In this document: in pieces, positions 1 to 10,261 of the stretch | Layout of the letters: each line of letters begins with the position of its first letter | How positions within the stretch are numbered: the stretch's first letter is position 1 | DNA from: Oscillospiraceae bacterium | Lineage (GTDB): Bacteria > Bacillota > Clostridia > Oscillospirales > Oscillospiraceae | Length of the DNA: 64,000 bases | Assembly: GCA_017452605.1 (NCBI GenBank) | Contig: JAFTMB010000001.1 | Coordinates: 4,110-68,109, forward strand | Direction of reading: 5' to 3' | Position numbers and translations under genes: made by a program | The notes under the pieces: generated by a model | The model's input: only the letters and a program-made list of their open reading frames with translations | What the model was told of the DNA's origin: nothing | The model's database searches: none

Positions 1-208
1 TAATCACCGTCATATCCTTTTGGGCCTCTTCCGGGGAATTGATCACCTGAACGCCCATTTTGTCAAACTCGTCCACCACGTGGCGGTTGTGGATAATCGG
101 GCCCAGAGTGACCACCTGTTTTCCCTCGTTTGCCGCCTGGGTCACCATTTCCACCGCCCGGCTGACGCCAAAGCAAAAGCCTGCGCTTTCCGCTACCCGA
201 ACGCTCAT
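1..208 (-). CDS. ispH: 4-hydroxy-3-methylbut-2-enyl diphosphate reductase, 5' part (runs off the window)
   Basis: Manual translation MSVRVAESAGFCFGVSRAVEMV...TLGPIIHNRHVV shows the IspH GFCFGV and IIHN motifs. ATG at 208 overlaps the cmk stop (ATGA). Confidence 0.9.
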   Translation of the reverse strand, partial: MSVRVAESAGFCFGVSRAVEMVTQAANEGKQVVTLGPIIHNRHVVDEFDKMGVQVINSPEEAQKDMTVI

Positions 209-885
209 ACCGGAATTTTCCTTTCCACGATCTCCCGGATAGCGGCAATCACCTGCTCAATGTCCATTTCGGAGGTGTCCACCTTAATGGAATCCTTGGC
301 CATTTTCAGCGGAGCGATGGGGCGATGGGTGTCCTGATAGTCCCGCTGCTGGATTTCCTTGAGAATCTGCTCGTACTGGGCCTTCTGACCCTTGGCCAGC
401 AGCTCCTTTGTCCGCCGCTGGGCGCGCACCTCGGCAGAGGCGGTGAGGAAAATCTTCACATCCGCCTTGGGCAGCACCACAGTGCCGATATCCCGGCCGT
501 CCATAATCACATTGTGCTGCTTTGCCACATCCCGCTGCATATCCAGCAGCACCCCCCGAACCACGCCGTGGGCGCTGACCAAGGATGCCTTCTGGGAAAT
601 ATCCTGGGTGCGGATGTCATTGGTGACATCTATGCCGTTCATCAGCATGTGCTGAACGCCATCTTCATCGTATTGGATTTCCACGGTCAGCTCGTCAATG
701 TAGCGCTCCACGCCGTCCACATCCTTGGGGCTGATGCCCAGCAAATCCAAAAAATATGCTACGGTGCGGTAAATCGCGCCGGTATCCACATAGTAATAGC
801 CCAGTTCCTTTGCTAAACGGCGGGCGATGGTGCTTTTTCCTGCGCCGGCAGGGCCATCAATGGCGATGGAATAGGTTTTACTCAT
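205..885 (-). CDS. cmk: cytidylate kinase
   Basis: IAIDGPAGAGKST P-loop, DTGAIYR, MDGRDIGTVV motifs. Confidence 0.97.
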   Translation of the reverse strand: MSKTYSIAIDGPAGAGKSTIARRLAKELGYYYVDTGAIYRTVAYFLDLLGISPKDVDGVERYIDELTVEIQYDEDGVQHMLMNGIDVTNDIRTQDISQKASLVSAHGVVRGVLLDMQRDVAKQHNVIMDGRDIGTVVLPKADVKIFLTASAEVRAQRRTKELLAKGQKAQYEQILKEIQQRDYQDTHRPIAPLKMAKDSIKVDTSEMDIEQVIAAIREIVERKIPV

Positions 886-1945
886 AATCGTTACTTCCTT
901 TTTCTTGATTTCTCAGCTTGTTAAGAGCGGCGGCCTCCATAGCCACCACTTCCTCCGGGGTCAGGCCCAGAGCATTTCCGGCCTTTACCGGATCTAACGG
1001 CATGCCGCCTTCCAATCCAAACCGCAACGAAAGCAGCTTTGCCTCCTGGGGTGACAAAAGAGTGAGCAATTCCGCAATTCTCTGCCGGGCCTGGAAATAG
1101 GCCGTATCCTCCACCGCCATATCGTCTTCCCGGGAAGCGGGTCTTTCCTCTTCCTGAGGCCTGGTGCGGTCGTAGGCAGCCACAACCTCCATCATGCCTG
1201 CAAGGGCAGCGCCCTCTTCTGCGGTGATGTGCAGACGGTCAGCAATTTCTTCCGGGGTGGCATTTCTGCCCAGCTCCACCAGAAGCGCTTCATCCATGGC
1301 CCGGTAGTCTTCCATCGCCTGGCGCAAATGCTGACCCACACCTGCCTGCCTTGCCTGCAGGGTAACGGTTTTGCGCAGGCTTTGGCCAATGTAAAAATCC
1401 CGGTAGTCTTCAAAGCTTCCCTGACCCTGCCAGGACAAAATACATTCCCAAAGGCCCAGGCTTGCCTCCTGAATCAAATCCATCAGCAGTACGCCCCGGC
1501 CCGCCAATTCCTGCGCCAGCTCCACCACCCGGGAAAGGGATGCGTTCATAAGCATGCTTCTGGCGCTTTCACTGCCTGCGGCGGCCTGCTTAGCCAAAAC
1601 CTCCACTTCTCCTGCCGCCGGGGTCTGGGCAATCTCCTGAAGATACAGCTTTAATGGGTCAGACTCCTCCAAATCCTGCAGAAGTCTTCCTTCCTTCACC
1701 AGTTCCTTTTCCCGGCGCAATCTCAGCGCCGCTTCCGATTTTCCGGAAAGATCCGGCAGGCTGCGGGTGTCGAGAATTATTCTTTTCTCATTTAACTCTG
1801 CAAAAGCTTCTTCCAGGGCTTCCTCGCTTTCCCCCTCCAGCACCGCCAGAAATTCAGCGGCGGACAGGGTATCGCCCTCTTTCAGCGCCTGCAAGGTGCG
1901 CTCCCAAGCGCTTTCCTCAAAGGTAAATGCATCTTGCATGATCAT
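878..1945 (-). CDS. degenerate sigma70/RpoD-like protein (1.1-like, 1.2, 2.1-2.2 and 3 recognisable; 2.3-2.4 and 4.2 diverged)
   Basis: [10 protein letters not shown] (1.2), [17 protein letters not shown] (2.2), [12 protein letters not shown] (3), LRFGL...EAAALNKLR (4). Confidence 0.8.
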   Translation of the reverse strand: MIMQDAFTFEESAWERTLQALKEGDTLSAAEFLAVLEGESEEALEEAFAELNEKRIILDTRSLPDLSGKSEAALRLRREKELVKEGRLLQDLEESDPLKLYLQEIAQTPAAGEVEVLAKQAAAGSESARSMLMNASLSRVVELAQELAGRGVLLMDLIQEASLGLWECILSWQGQGSFEDYRDFYIGQSLRKTVTLQARQAGVGQHLRQAMEDYRAMDEALLVELGRNATPEEIADRLHITAEEGAALAGMMEVVAAYDRTRPQEEERPASREDDMAVEDTAYFQARQRIAELLTLLSPQEAKLLSLRFGLEGGMPLDPVKAGNALGLTPEEVVAMEAAALNKLRNQEKGSNDYE

Positions 1946-2799
1946 GTCAAAAACTCCTCCAGTCCCATCGTGCTGCCCATTTTCTGCAGCTTTGCCATGG
2001 ACTGCTGTTCAATTTGCCGCACCCGTTCCTTGGAAAGACCCAATCGGTTGCCGATTTGCTCTAAGGAGTAGCAGGTGCCGTCCGCCATGCCGAAATGCAG
2101 CCGCAGTACCTCCTGCTGCCGGGGTTCCAGAGAACTCAAAAGCTTCTCCATAGTATTTGCCAGTTCCCGGCGAACCATTTCTTCATAGGGCTGCGTCGCC
2201 TCCGGGTTTTCCACCAGCATGCCCATGGTTGCTTCGTCTTCCTGCCCCACCAGAGCGTCCAACGAGCTGATTTCCGGGTTCAGCTGCAGCAGCTGCATGA
2301 CCCGCTGGGGGGTCATATCGCACTTATCTGCAATCTCTTCCACCGTGGGCTCCTGAGCGTTTAACTGAAACAGTTCCGCTTTTGCCGCCAACACCTTTCG
2401 GATTTTCTCGGCGGTATGGGCGGGTACGCGAATCAAATCCCGATTCATAAAGCACCGGCCGATTCCCTGCCGAATCCACTTGGTTGCGTATGTAGAGAAC
2501 CGAAATTCCAGAGTATAATCAAATTTTCTGGCAGCGGCCAGCAGGCCGATACTGCCCTCCTGAATCAAGTCCAGCAGCGGAACGCCCCGTCCGGCATATT
2601 CCTTTGCCACGGAAACCACCAGGCGCAAATTGGCATTGACCATTTGGCGGATGGCATCACCGTCTCCCTTGGCGCAACCCATTGCCAAATCCCGCTCCTG
2701 CTGGGGAGTAAGCCGGGGATATTCACGAATTTCCCGGAGATATTGGCGCATAGTTTCGTCACCGGTATGCTCCAGCACCTGGTTGTCCAGCATCATCAC
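1942..2799 (-). CDS. sigma70-family RpoD-like sigma factor lacking region 1.1
   Basis: [43 protein letters not shown]...SKERVRQIE. Confidence 0.9.
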   Translation of the reverse strand: MMMLDNQVLEHTGDETMRQYLREIREYPRLTPQQERDLAMGCAKGDGDAIRQMVNANLRLVVSVAKEYAGRGVPLLDLIQEGSIGLLAAARKFDYTLEFRFSTYATKWIRQGIGRCFMNRDLIRVPAHTAEKIRKVLAAKAELFQLNAQEPTVEEIADKCDMTPQRVMQLLQLNPEISSLDALVGQEDEATMGMLVENPEATQPYEEMVRRELANTMEKLLSSLEPRQQEVLRLHFGMADGTCYSLEQIGNRLGLSKERVRQIEQQSMAKLQKMGSTMGLEEFLT

Positions 2800-4544
2800 T
2801 TAATTCCTTTTCTTTCCTTTAGCTTCTTCTGGAAGGCCAGAAGGTCATCCTCTGTGGTCACATTTGTCTTCTGGTGCTCCGAGAGGATGGTTTGAATACA
2901 ATCCCGGAACGCCGCTTCGCTGACCGGGCCCTCCTGCCGGTGGATAATTCCCATGATATGGGACATCTCCTCCTGGCTTAAGTCCGTCAGCACCGCCGGG
3001 GAAACTTCCAGCCCCTCTTCATAGCGGCTCAGAATTTGGCCATAGACCTTTCCCAGCAAGGAAGACGAGAAGCTCTCCGCCTTCAGCTGTTTTGCGCCAT
3101 CTAAAAGCGCCGGAGAAAGCAGCGCCTGGGCAATCACATTTTCCTCTGCCATGGCAGATTTCATGTTGTCGTAGCGAATGGTTCTGCTTTTCGGCTGCAG
3201 ATTTCTCGCCGGGGCCAGGTCGATTTTCTCCTGCTTTTTCTTATCCTGATAAACCCGGCGCTTAAAGGCCCGGTCTACTTCCATTTTCATGGCGTCCATG
3301 CTGATTTTCGCCGTTTCCGCCACTCTCGCGCCATATACTTCCCGCTGAACGGCGCTGCCCAGAGTGGACAAAAGCTCTGCCGATTCGTGGATGTACTTTA
3401 CCTTTTGGTCGTCAAGACGCAGGTCGTACTTTTTGAGAATGGCATTGAGCTGATATTCCACCCGGTTGGCAGAATCCTCCAGCAAAAGCTTAAACCGGTC
3501 TGCGCCGAATTTCTTTAAGAATTCGTCCGGGTCTTTGGCGTCCTTGATTTGCAGAACCTTTACCTGCAAGCCAGCCTTTTCCAAAATGGGAATGGCCCGC
3601 TGGGTGGCGTTTTGTCCGGCCTGGTCGCCGTCATAAATCAGTACCACCTGGTCGGTGTAACGGGTCATCAAGGTCGCCTGCTCTTCGGTAAGGCTTGTGC
3701 CAAGGGATGCAATGGCATTGTCAAAGCCATACTGGTGCAGCGTCACAACATCAATGTTGCCCTCCACCAAAATCAGGCATCCCTGCTTGGTCTTTTTCGC
3801 AAGATTCAGACCAAACAGATTTTTTCTCTTGTTGAAAATGATGGTCTCCGGCGTGTTGAGGTACTTTGCCGCGTCGGAATCCTTTTTGATTACACGGCCG
3901 CCAAAGCCAATCACATTGCCGCGAACATCAATAATGGGGAACATCAGCCGATCGCGGAACCGATCCAAAAGCGCGCCGGTTTTCTGGGATTTACTGACCA
4001 GACCAGCTCCAATCAGTTCTCCGTCTGAATACCCCTTCATTCTCATTTCTATCACCAGAGCATCCCATTTATCCGGGGCATAGCCTACGCCGAAGGTGGT
4101 CAAAATGGACTTGCTCATTCCCCGCCCCAGGGCATAGCTTAGCGCCTGAGCGCCAATAGGAGCGTAGAGCTGGCTGTGGAAAAACCTTGCAGCCTCTTTA
4201 TTTAAGGCCCAAAGCCTCTCCTGCATGTGGTATCTTGACTGGTACTGCTCATCTTCAGGCACCGTCAGCCCTGCCCGCTTTGCCAGGGCGCGAACCGCGT
4301 CGGGATAGCTTAAGCCCTCCACTTCCATCTGGAAGTTAATCACATTGCCGCCCTTATGGCAGCCAAAGCAGTAATAAATACCCTTATCCGGAGCCACAGA
4401 AAAGGACGCCGTCTTCTCTCCGTGGAAAGGACAAAGTCCAAACAAATTCGAGCCGGAACGCTTTAAATTGACATGCTGACCCACCACATCTTCAATGGGA
4501 TTGCGGGCCAACAGTTCATCAATAAAGGAAGGCGGAAATGCCAT
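2796..4544 (-). CDS. dnaG: DNA primase
   Basis: CPFH...CFGC zinc finger, KYLNTPET, Toprim VEG..DV and YDGDQAG. Confidence 0.97.
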   Translation of the reverse strand: MAFPPSFIDELLARNPIEDVVGQHVNLKRSGSNLFGLCPFHGEKTASFSVAPDKGIYYCFGCHKGGNVINFQMEVEGLSYPDAVRALAKRAGLTVPEDEQYQSRYHMQERLWALNKEAARFFHSQLYAPIGAQALSYALGRGMSKSILTTFGVGYAPDKWDALVIEMRMKGYSDGELIGAGLVSKSQKTGALLDRFRDRLMFPIIDVRGNVIGFGGRVIKKDSDAAKYLNTPETIIFNKRKNLFGLNLAKKTKQGCLILVEGNIDVVTLHQYGFDNAIASLGTSLTEEQATLMTRYTDQVVLIYDGDQAGQNATQRAIPILEKAGLQVKVLQIKDAKDPDEFLKKFGADRFKLLLEDSANRVEYQLNAILKKYDLRLDDQKVKYIHESAELLSTLGSAVQREVYGARVAETAKISMDAMKMEVDRAFKRRVYQDKKKQEKIDLAPARNLQPKSRTIRYDNMKSAMAEENVIAQALLSPALLDGAKQLKAESFSSSLLGKVYGQILSRYEEGLEVSPAVLTDLSQEEMSHIMGIIHRQEGPVSEAAFRDCIQTILSEHQKTNVTTEDDLLAFQKKLKERKGIK

Positions 4545-4577
4545 ATCTATTGCTCCTTTCTGAAAATACTTATGTTT

Positions 4578-5591
4578 TTATCCCCGGACGCCCCAACCAA
4601 CGGGAATGAACACCTTGGTGTAGGTATCTACGGCGTATTTGTCGGTCATGCCTGCGATGTAATCGCAGACGGTTCTTTCCAGACCCTCAAAGGACATCTG
4701 GGGCTGAAAATCCTCCGGAAGCGCCTCCGGGTGGGAGGTGTAGTAATCAAACAGCCTGCAAAGCATATCCTTGGCCCGGCTTTCCTCTCCCTTGGCCACC
4801 GGATTGTAATACACCCGCTCAAACATAAAGCTTCTGAGATCCTTCAGCGCCTGATCCACCTTGGGAGAAAGGAGAATCTCGCCCGCTTCCCGGGAGGTGT
4901 GGATGGCGTCACAAACCAGGGTGTTAATTCTCTGGCTGTGGGTTTTTCCCAGCACATCGCTGATTTCCCGGGGAATATCCTCATTTTTCAAAATACCCGC
5001 CCGGGTAGCATCGTCAATGTCGTGATTGACATAGGCCATCTGGTCACTGCGGCGCACCACCTGACCTTCTAAGGTTTCCGGGACAAAAGCGCCGGTGTGA
5101 CCTAAAATTCCCATACGAACCTCATAGGTCAAATTCAGTCCCCGGCCGTCATTTTCCAAAAAGTCCACCACCCGCAGGCTCTGCTCGTTGTGGCGGAAAG
5201 GCTTGCCCATACACCGGGTCAAGGCGTCCTCTCCCGCATGGCCAAAGGGGGTGTGTCCCAAATCGTGACCCATGGCAATGGCCTGGGCCAAATCCTCATT
5301 TAAGCCCAGCGCCCGGGTAATGGTGCAGGCGATCCGGGAGACCTCCAGTGTGTGGGTCATGCGGGTGCGGTAATGGTCACCCTCCGGCTGCAAAAACACC
5401 TGGGTCTTGTGCATCAAACGCCGGAAGGACTTGGAATGTACAATTTTGTCCAGATCCCGCTGGTAGCAGGTTCTTACATCGTCTTCCCGCTCCGGCTCTG
5501 CATGAGGGCGTCCCTTTGAACGGTCGGAAAATGCCGCCAGGGGATTTAAACGCTTGTGCTCCAGCCGCTCCAATTCTTCCCGTATTGTCAT
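4578..5591 (-). CDS. dgt: deoxyguanosinetriphosphate triphosphohydrolase-like HD protein
   Basis: FRRLMHKTQVF, RTRMTHTLEV, GHDLGHTPFGHAGE, DYIAGMTD. Confidence 0.93.
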   Translation of the reverse strand: MTIREELERLEHKRLNPLAAFSDRSKGRPHAEPEREDDVRTCYQRDLDKIVHSKSFRRLMHKTQVFLQPEGDHYRTRMTHTLEVSRIACTITRALGLNEDLAQAIAMGHDLGHTPFGHAGEDALTRCMGKPFRHNEQSLRVVDFLENDGRGLNLTYEVRMGILGHTGAFVPETLEGQVVRRSDQMAYVNHDIDDATRAGILKNEDIPREISDVLGKTHSQRINTLVCDAIHTSREAGEILLSPKVDQALKDLRSFMFERVYYNPVAKGEESRAKDMLCRLFDYYTSHPEALPEDFQPQMSFEGLERTVCDYIAGMTDKYAVDTYTKVFIPVGWGVRG

Positions 5592-6235
5592 TCGGTAACC
5601 TCCTGCTCATTTCCCACCGGGAAGGCCCGGTATTCCTTGCCGGTTTCCATGGCCTCAATGGTGGCCGCGGACATATCCGTCAGCCGCTCTATAAAGGCCT
5701 GGGTTTTCCCCTCGGGGAGCAAAACTTCCAATTCCACCTCCGAGCCGAAATCCGTGCTGCGAATCACGCCGCCAAAGGCAGCGATTTCCAGCTTGACCCG
5801 CTCATAAAAGGAGTAAGGACAGGGAATGTACAGCGCCGTCCACACCCGTTTTATGGACTTTCCTGCCGCATCCACGGCAATTTTGGCGCCTTTTGTATAT
5901 GCCCGCACCAAGCCTCCGGCTCCCAGCAAAATGCCGCCGAAGTAGCGGGTCACCACGCACACAATGTTATAAAGGCCCTCCCGCTGCAGCACCTGCAGCA
6001 TGGGCATACCGGCAGTTCCGCCGGGTTCGCCGTCATCAGAAAAGCGCACAGCGCCGTCACGAATGATATAGGCCCAGCAGTTGTGGGTGGCATCGTAGTG
6101 CTGCTTTTTCATGGCCTGGATGATTTCCAGCGCCGCCTCCTCAGACTCCACCTGCCAAACTCTGCCGATGAATCGGGATTTTTTCTCAGTAAATTCGTCT
6201 TCACCGAAGCCGGTTGGAACCAGGTATTCGTCCAA
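5588..6235 (-). CDS. yigZ: YigZ/IMPACT family protein
   Basis: EKKSRFI, ATHNCWAY, SDDGEPGGTAG, RYFGGILLGAGGLVRAY. Confidence 0.93.
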   Translation of the reverse strand: MDEYLVPTGFGEDEFTEKKSRFIGRVWQVESEEAALEIIQAMKKQHYDATHNCWAYIIRDGAVRFSDDGEPGGTAGMPMLQVLQREGLYNIVCVVTRYFGGILLGAGGLVRAYTKGAKIAVDAAGKSIKRVWTALYIPCPYSFYERVKLEIAAFGGVIRSTDFGSEVELEVLLPEGKTQAFIERLTDMSAATIEAMETGKEYRAFPVGNEQEVTE

Positions 6236-6238
6236 GTG

Positions 6239-7504
6239 TCAGCACTCCTTTATCACATAATGGCGAATTCTGCCAAACAAAATAGGGTCAACAACCGTTT
6301 CTACTTCAATACCCTCAGCTGTGTATTCCACATTTTTTACCTGGGCGCTGCTGTGCAATGTTTCCACCATGCCGCCCATGCTGTAAGGAAGCCTGACCAC
6401 CACATGGTGGTAGCTTTGCCCCAGCGCCTTTTCAATGGCGGCAAGCAGCTGTTCCATACCCGCACCGGTAGCGGCAGAGATTGCCACCACATCCTCCCCA
6501 ATGGGGATGTCGGTTTTCTGCACCAGGTCTGCCTTATTGTAGCAACGCAGCACCGGAATCCCGGGCTTTGCCAGCTGGTCAATCAGCTTGTCCACCACAG
6601 CGATGTGCTGCTCCCGGTTTTCGTCGGCAGAGTCAATCACGTGCAGCAGCAAATCCGCATATTCCAGCTCCTCCAACGTAGCGTGGAAGGCGTTGACCAA
6701 ATGGTGAGGCAGCTTGGCGACAAAGCCGACGGTGTCGGTTAAAATGACATCCAGGTTTTCACTGACGGTCAGCTGCCGGGAGGTGGTGTCCAGGGTGTCA
6801 AACAGCCGATTATTGGCGGGGATTCCCGCGTCGGTCAGCTGATTCAGCAGAGTGGATTTTCCTGCGTTGGTGTAGCCGACGATTGCCACCACCGGAACGG
6901 AGTTTTTCATCCGCCGCTCCCGCTGGACGCCTCTGACATGGCGCACCTGCTCCAGCTCCTGCTCCAGCCGGGCAATCCGCTCCCGAATGTGCCGGCGGTC
7001 GGATTCCAGCTTGGTCTCGCCGGGACCCCGGGTGCCAATGCCGCCGCCCTGCCGGGAAAGGCTTTTTCCCATGCCGGACAGCCGGGGCAAAAGATACTTA
7101 TACTGGGCAAGCTCCACCTGAAGTCTGCCCTCTTTGGTCTTCGCCCGCTGGGCGAAAATATCGAGAATCAGCGCGCTGCGGTCCAAAACCGTAAGGCCGA
7201 TGATTTCCTCCAGCGCCCGGATATTGCCGGGGGACAGCTCGTTGTCAAACACCACCATGGTGGACTGGGTAGCCTCTGCCAGCATTTTTACTTCCAGCGC
7301 TTTTCCCTCGCCGATAAAGCTGTGGGGATCTGGGGCATGGCGGTTTTGCAGCACCTTTCCGGTGCAAAAGCCGCCGGCAGTTTCCAACAGCGCTTCCAGC
7401 TCTTCTATCGTTTCATCCGTTGCGGTTTGGTCCTGTCGGAAGCAATCTGCATTGAGCCCCACCAGCACCGCCCGCTCCTGGACAGTTTCAAATGTTGATT
7501 CCAT
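6239..7504 (-). CDS. hflX: ribosome-splitting GTPase HflX
   Basis: LILDIFAQRA, GTRGPGETKLE, GYTNAGKST, DTVGF, NKAD. Confidence 0.97.
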   Translation of the reverse strand: MESTFETVQERAVLVGLNADCFRQDQTATDETIEELEALLETAGGFCTGKVLQNRHAPDPHSFIGEGKALEVKMLAEATQSTMVVFDNELSPGNIRALEEIIGLTVLDRSALILDIFAQRAKTKEGRLQVELAQYKYLLPRLSGMGKSLSRQGGGIGTRGPGETKLESDRRHIRERIARLEQELEQVRHVRGVQRERRMKNSVPVVAIVGYTNAGKSTLLNQLTDAGIPANNRLFDTLDTTSRQLTVSENLDVILTDTVGFVAKLPHHLVNAFHATLEELEYADLLLHVIDSADENREQHIAVVDKLIDQLAKPGIPVLRCYNKADLVQKTDIPIGEDVVAISAATGAGMEQLLAAIEKALGQSYHHVVVRLPYSMGGMVETLHSSAQVKNVEYTAEGIEVETVVDPILFGRIRHYVIKEC

Positions 7505-7591
7505 AATTCCTCCATTTTACTTACCTTTTAGTATACCACACACTGCCGGGCTCTGGCAATCATTTTCCCCCGAAAAGTTCAAAAAAAGCAT

Positions 7592-7628
7592 AAAAAAAGT
7601 CCGCACCACAATCGCAGTGCGGACTTTT
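7592..7628 (-). terminator. intrinsic terminator of rpmE (possibly bidirectional)
   Basis: AAAAGTCCGCAC-loop-GTGCGGACTTTT. Confidence 0.8.
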
Positions 7629-7632
7629 GGTC

Positions 7633-7833
7633 TTACTTCATGCCGAATCTCTTGTTGAAACGGTCCACGCGTCCACCGGTGTCAACCAGCTTCTGCTTGC
7701 CGGTATAGAAAGGGTGGCACTTGGAGCAGATCTCAACACGAATGTCCTTTTTGGTGGAACCGGTCGTAAAGACGTTGCCACAAGCACAACGGATGGTGGT
7801 CTGTTCGTAGTTAGGATGGATGCCTTCTCTCAT
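7633..7833 (-). CDS. rpmE: 50S ribosomal protein L31, zinc-binding type
   Basis: [32 protein letters not shown] at 7833 follows a GAGGTG SD. Confidence 0.97.
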   Translation of the reverse strand: MREGIHPNYEQTTIRCACGNVFTTGSTKKDIRVEICSKCHPFYTGKQKLVDTGGRVDRFNKRFGMK

Positions 7834-7898
7834 TTTGTTCACCTCTTTCTTCTCATGTAAAAGGGCACAATGTCCCTAACAATTCTTAATCGCCCGGA

Positions 7899-7927
7899 TA
7901 TCATAACACAGGAATTACAAGAATGCA
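7899..7927 (-). promoter_or_regulatory. sigmaA-type promoter of rpmE
   Basis: TTGCAT-17 nt-TATGAT on the minus strand. Confidence 0.7.
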
Positions 7928-7957
7928 AGTGTTTTTTTCTAATTTTTTTACAAAAGA

Positions 7958-9181
7958 TTAGAATGCCCAGTTGCCGTTGCGGAAAATGGGAACGATTTTG
8001 CCGCCGGCGCAGTGAGCGTCAATGTTCATGCTGTCGCAGCCGATCATGAAGTCCACATGGATCATGGAGTCGTTGATGCCCAGCTCGCGGCACTCGTCCA
8101 GAGTCTTGTTGTTGTGGTCGCGGATGGTGTCGGCAAAGCCTGCGCCCACTGCCAGGTGGCAGGCGGCGTTTTCATCAAACAAGGTTTCATAGAACAGCAG
8201 GCCGCTTTCAGCGATGGGGCTTGCCTGGGGAACCAGAGCGCACTCGCCCAGATAGCCTGCGCCTTCGTCCATGGTGAGCATGGTATTGAGCAGCTCCTCG
8301 CCCTTTTCTGCCTTGGCTTCCACTGCCTTGCCGTTTTCAAAGCGGATATAGAAGTTGTCAATCAGCTGACCCTGGTAGCTCAAAGGCTTGGTGGAGTAAA
8401 CGATACCCTCTGCCTTGCCGCGCATGGGAGAGATGAAGCATTCCTCAGAGGGAATGTTGGGGTTGAAGGAAATGTTCTGACGGCTCACTTCCATACCGCC
8501 GCAGAAAATTGCCTCAGGAATCATGCCAACGGTCAGGTCTGTGCCGTTGTCGGCAGTATAGTGCAGGGACTCAATGCCCAGGCCGTTCAGATACTCGCAG
8601 CGCTTTCTCAGGTCGGCATTGTGCTCTTCCCAAGCCTTGATGGGGTCATCGGTCACCCGGGAGGTGGACAAAATGGCTTCCCACAGCTTTTCAATGGCCT
8701 GGCTGGTACGCATGCCGGGGAACACCTTCTTGGCCCAGGCTGCGCCGGGAACAGCGGCGATGCACCACTGCTGCATATTCTCCCGCTTGTCGATATAGGG
8801 CTTCAAAATAGGATAAGACATCTTTCTTGCCTTGGCAACCTTGCCCATGTTCACGCCCTTGAGGCCGTCGGGATCTTCGGAAACCAGGTGGATCCGGGCG
8901 GGCAGCGTGTCGCAGTAATGCTGCTGACGGGCCTTCTGCCACTCGGGAACAGTACCCATGGTCTTGACAGACTGATACCGGACATGGAGCTTGGTCAGCT
9001 TATCATAGCTCCACTCCACAATAACCTTTTTGGCCTTGGCCTTGTAGGCTTCTTCAACCAGCATGGCTACGAATTCCGGCTGATCCAGCTCTGCGTAAAT
9101 CATAACCTCCTGTCCTTTCTGGACGTTAACGCCGCAGCGGACAATCAGCTTTGCGTATTCTCTTAAAACGGATTTTTTCAT
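7958..9181 (-). CDS. M29 family aminopeptidase (AmpS/PepS type)
   Basis: PNIPSEECF, LGECALV, LFDENAACHLAVG, NDSMIHVDFMIG. Confidence 0.93.
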   Translation of the reverse strand: MKKSVLREYAKLIVRCGVNVQKGQEVMIYAELDQPEFVAMLVEEAYKAKAKKVIVEWSYDKLTKLHVRYQSVKTMGTVPEWQKARQQHYCDTLPARIHLVSEDPDGLKGVNMGKVAKARKMSYPILKPYIDKRENMQQWCIAAVPGAAWAKKVFPGMRTSQAIEKLWEAILSTSRVTDDPIKAWEEHNADLRKRCEYLNGLGIESLHYTADNGTDLTVGMIPEAIFCGGMEVSRQNISFNPNIPSEECFISPMRGKAEGIVYSTKPLSYQGQLIDNFYIRFENGKAVEAKAEKGEELLNTMLTMDEGAGYLGECALVPQASPIAESGLLFYETLFDENAACHLAVGAGFADTIRDHNNKTLDECRELGINDSMIHVDFMIGCDSMNIDAHCAGGKIVPIFRNGNWAF

Positions 9182-9302
9182 AAGAACCTCTCCTTTTTTT
9201 GGATTTTCTCCATATTAACAGATTTCTATCCCTTCGTCAATGGTTCTTGCTTTCTTTTGCCGATTGTTTTATAATGGTGACAGTATGTAAGGAGGTGGTA
9301 AA

Positions 9303-10172
9303 ATGCTGAGCAGAGAGCAGTTTCAGTCCCTGGCAGAAAACGGGCTGATTCTCGACGGCGCAACCGGCACCAATCTGCAGAAAGTGGGCATGCCCAAGGG
9401 CTGCTGCACCGAGCAGTGGATATTGGAGAATCCCCAGCCCCTGCTGGAGCTGCAGGGACAGTATGCCGCCTGCGGCAGCCAGGTTTTATACGCCCCCACT
9501 TTCCAGGCCCAGCCCATCGCCCTGGAGCGAATCGGCATGGCCCAGCAAACCGAAAGCGTTAACGCCCGGCTGGTAGCCCTGACCCGGCAGGCAGCCCCCG
9601 GCTGCCTGGTAGCAGGCGACATCACCACCCTGGCAGCTTTTTTGGAAAGCTGGGACATGGATAATTTTGACCTGATGGTGGAAAACTACCGCCGGCAGAT
9701 CCGCGGCTTGATTGACGGCGGCGCAGACCTTTTGGCGGCGGAAACGCTCCTCTACCCCCAGGAAGCGGAGGCCATTTTGACCGCCGCGGAGCTGGAGGGC
9801 GCAGGCGCCTGCCTTTACACCTTCACCATGCAATCAGACGGCTCTTTGTTTTCCGGCATGGACGCAGGGTCGGTTCTCCATGAACTGGAGCTGAGCGGCG
9901 CTGCCGCTGTGGGCTTTAACTGCGTGGCCGCCGATATGATGACCCCTTATCTGGTCAGCAAGCTGCGACGGTATGTCCGCTGCCCCATTGTGTGCAAGCC
10001 CAACGCAGGCGAGCCGGTGGTGGGTGACTCCGGAATCCCGGAATACAGCTTAGGCGCTGAGGGCTTTGCTGAAGTAATGAAGCAGTGCTACGATAACGGC
10101 GCCCGCCTTTTGGGCGGCTGCTGCGGCACAACGCCCAGGCATATTCTGAAAGCCAAAGAAGCCATTTTCTAA
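9303..10172 (+). CDS. stand-alone homocysteine S-methyltransferase domain protein
   Basis: ILDGATGTNL, GFNC, KPNAG, GGCCGTTP zinc motifs. Confidence 0.9.
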   Translation: MLSREQFQSLAENGLILDGATGTNLQKVGMPKGCCTEQWILENPQPLLELQGQYAACGSQVLYAPTFQAQPIALERIGMAQQTESVNARLVALTRQAAPGCLVAGDITTLAAFLESWDMDNFDLMVENYRRQIRGLIDGGADLLAAETLLYPQEAEAILTAAELEGAGACLYTFTMQSDGSLFSGMDAGSVLHELELSGAAAVGFNCVAADMMTPYLVSKLRRYVRCPIVCKPNAGEPVVGDSGIPEYSLGAEGFAEVMKQCYDNGARLLGGCCGTTPRHILKAKEAIF

Positions 10173-10261
10173 ACGCCGGGGCATTTGCCCCGGCGTTTTT
10201 CTGCGCCAACGGAAAATTTTTCATTGCTATTTGTTCACAGTTTTGTTACAATGTTCTTGTT

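Noticed and set aside
5348-9166. Long plus-strand ORFs (464 aa at 5348-6742, 384 aa at 8012-9166) and similar ones at 48194-49642 and 46552-47595
   Set aside because: They lie antisense to well-identified genes and are typical shadow ORFs in GC-rich DNA.
9182-9302. SAM or T-box riboswitch before the homocysteine methyltransferase
   Set aside because: The intergenic region holds only divergent promoters and an SD. There is no room or consensus for an aptamer.
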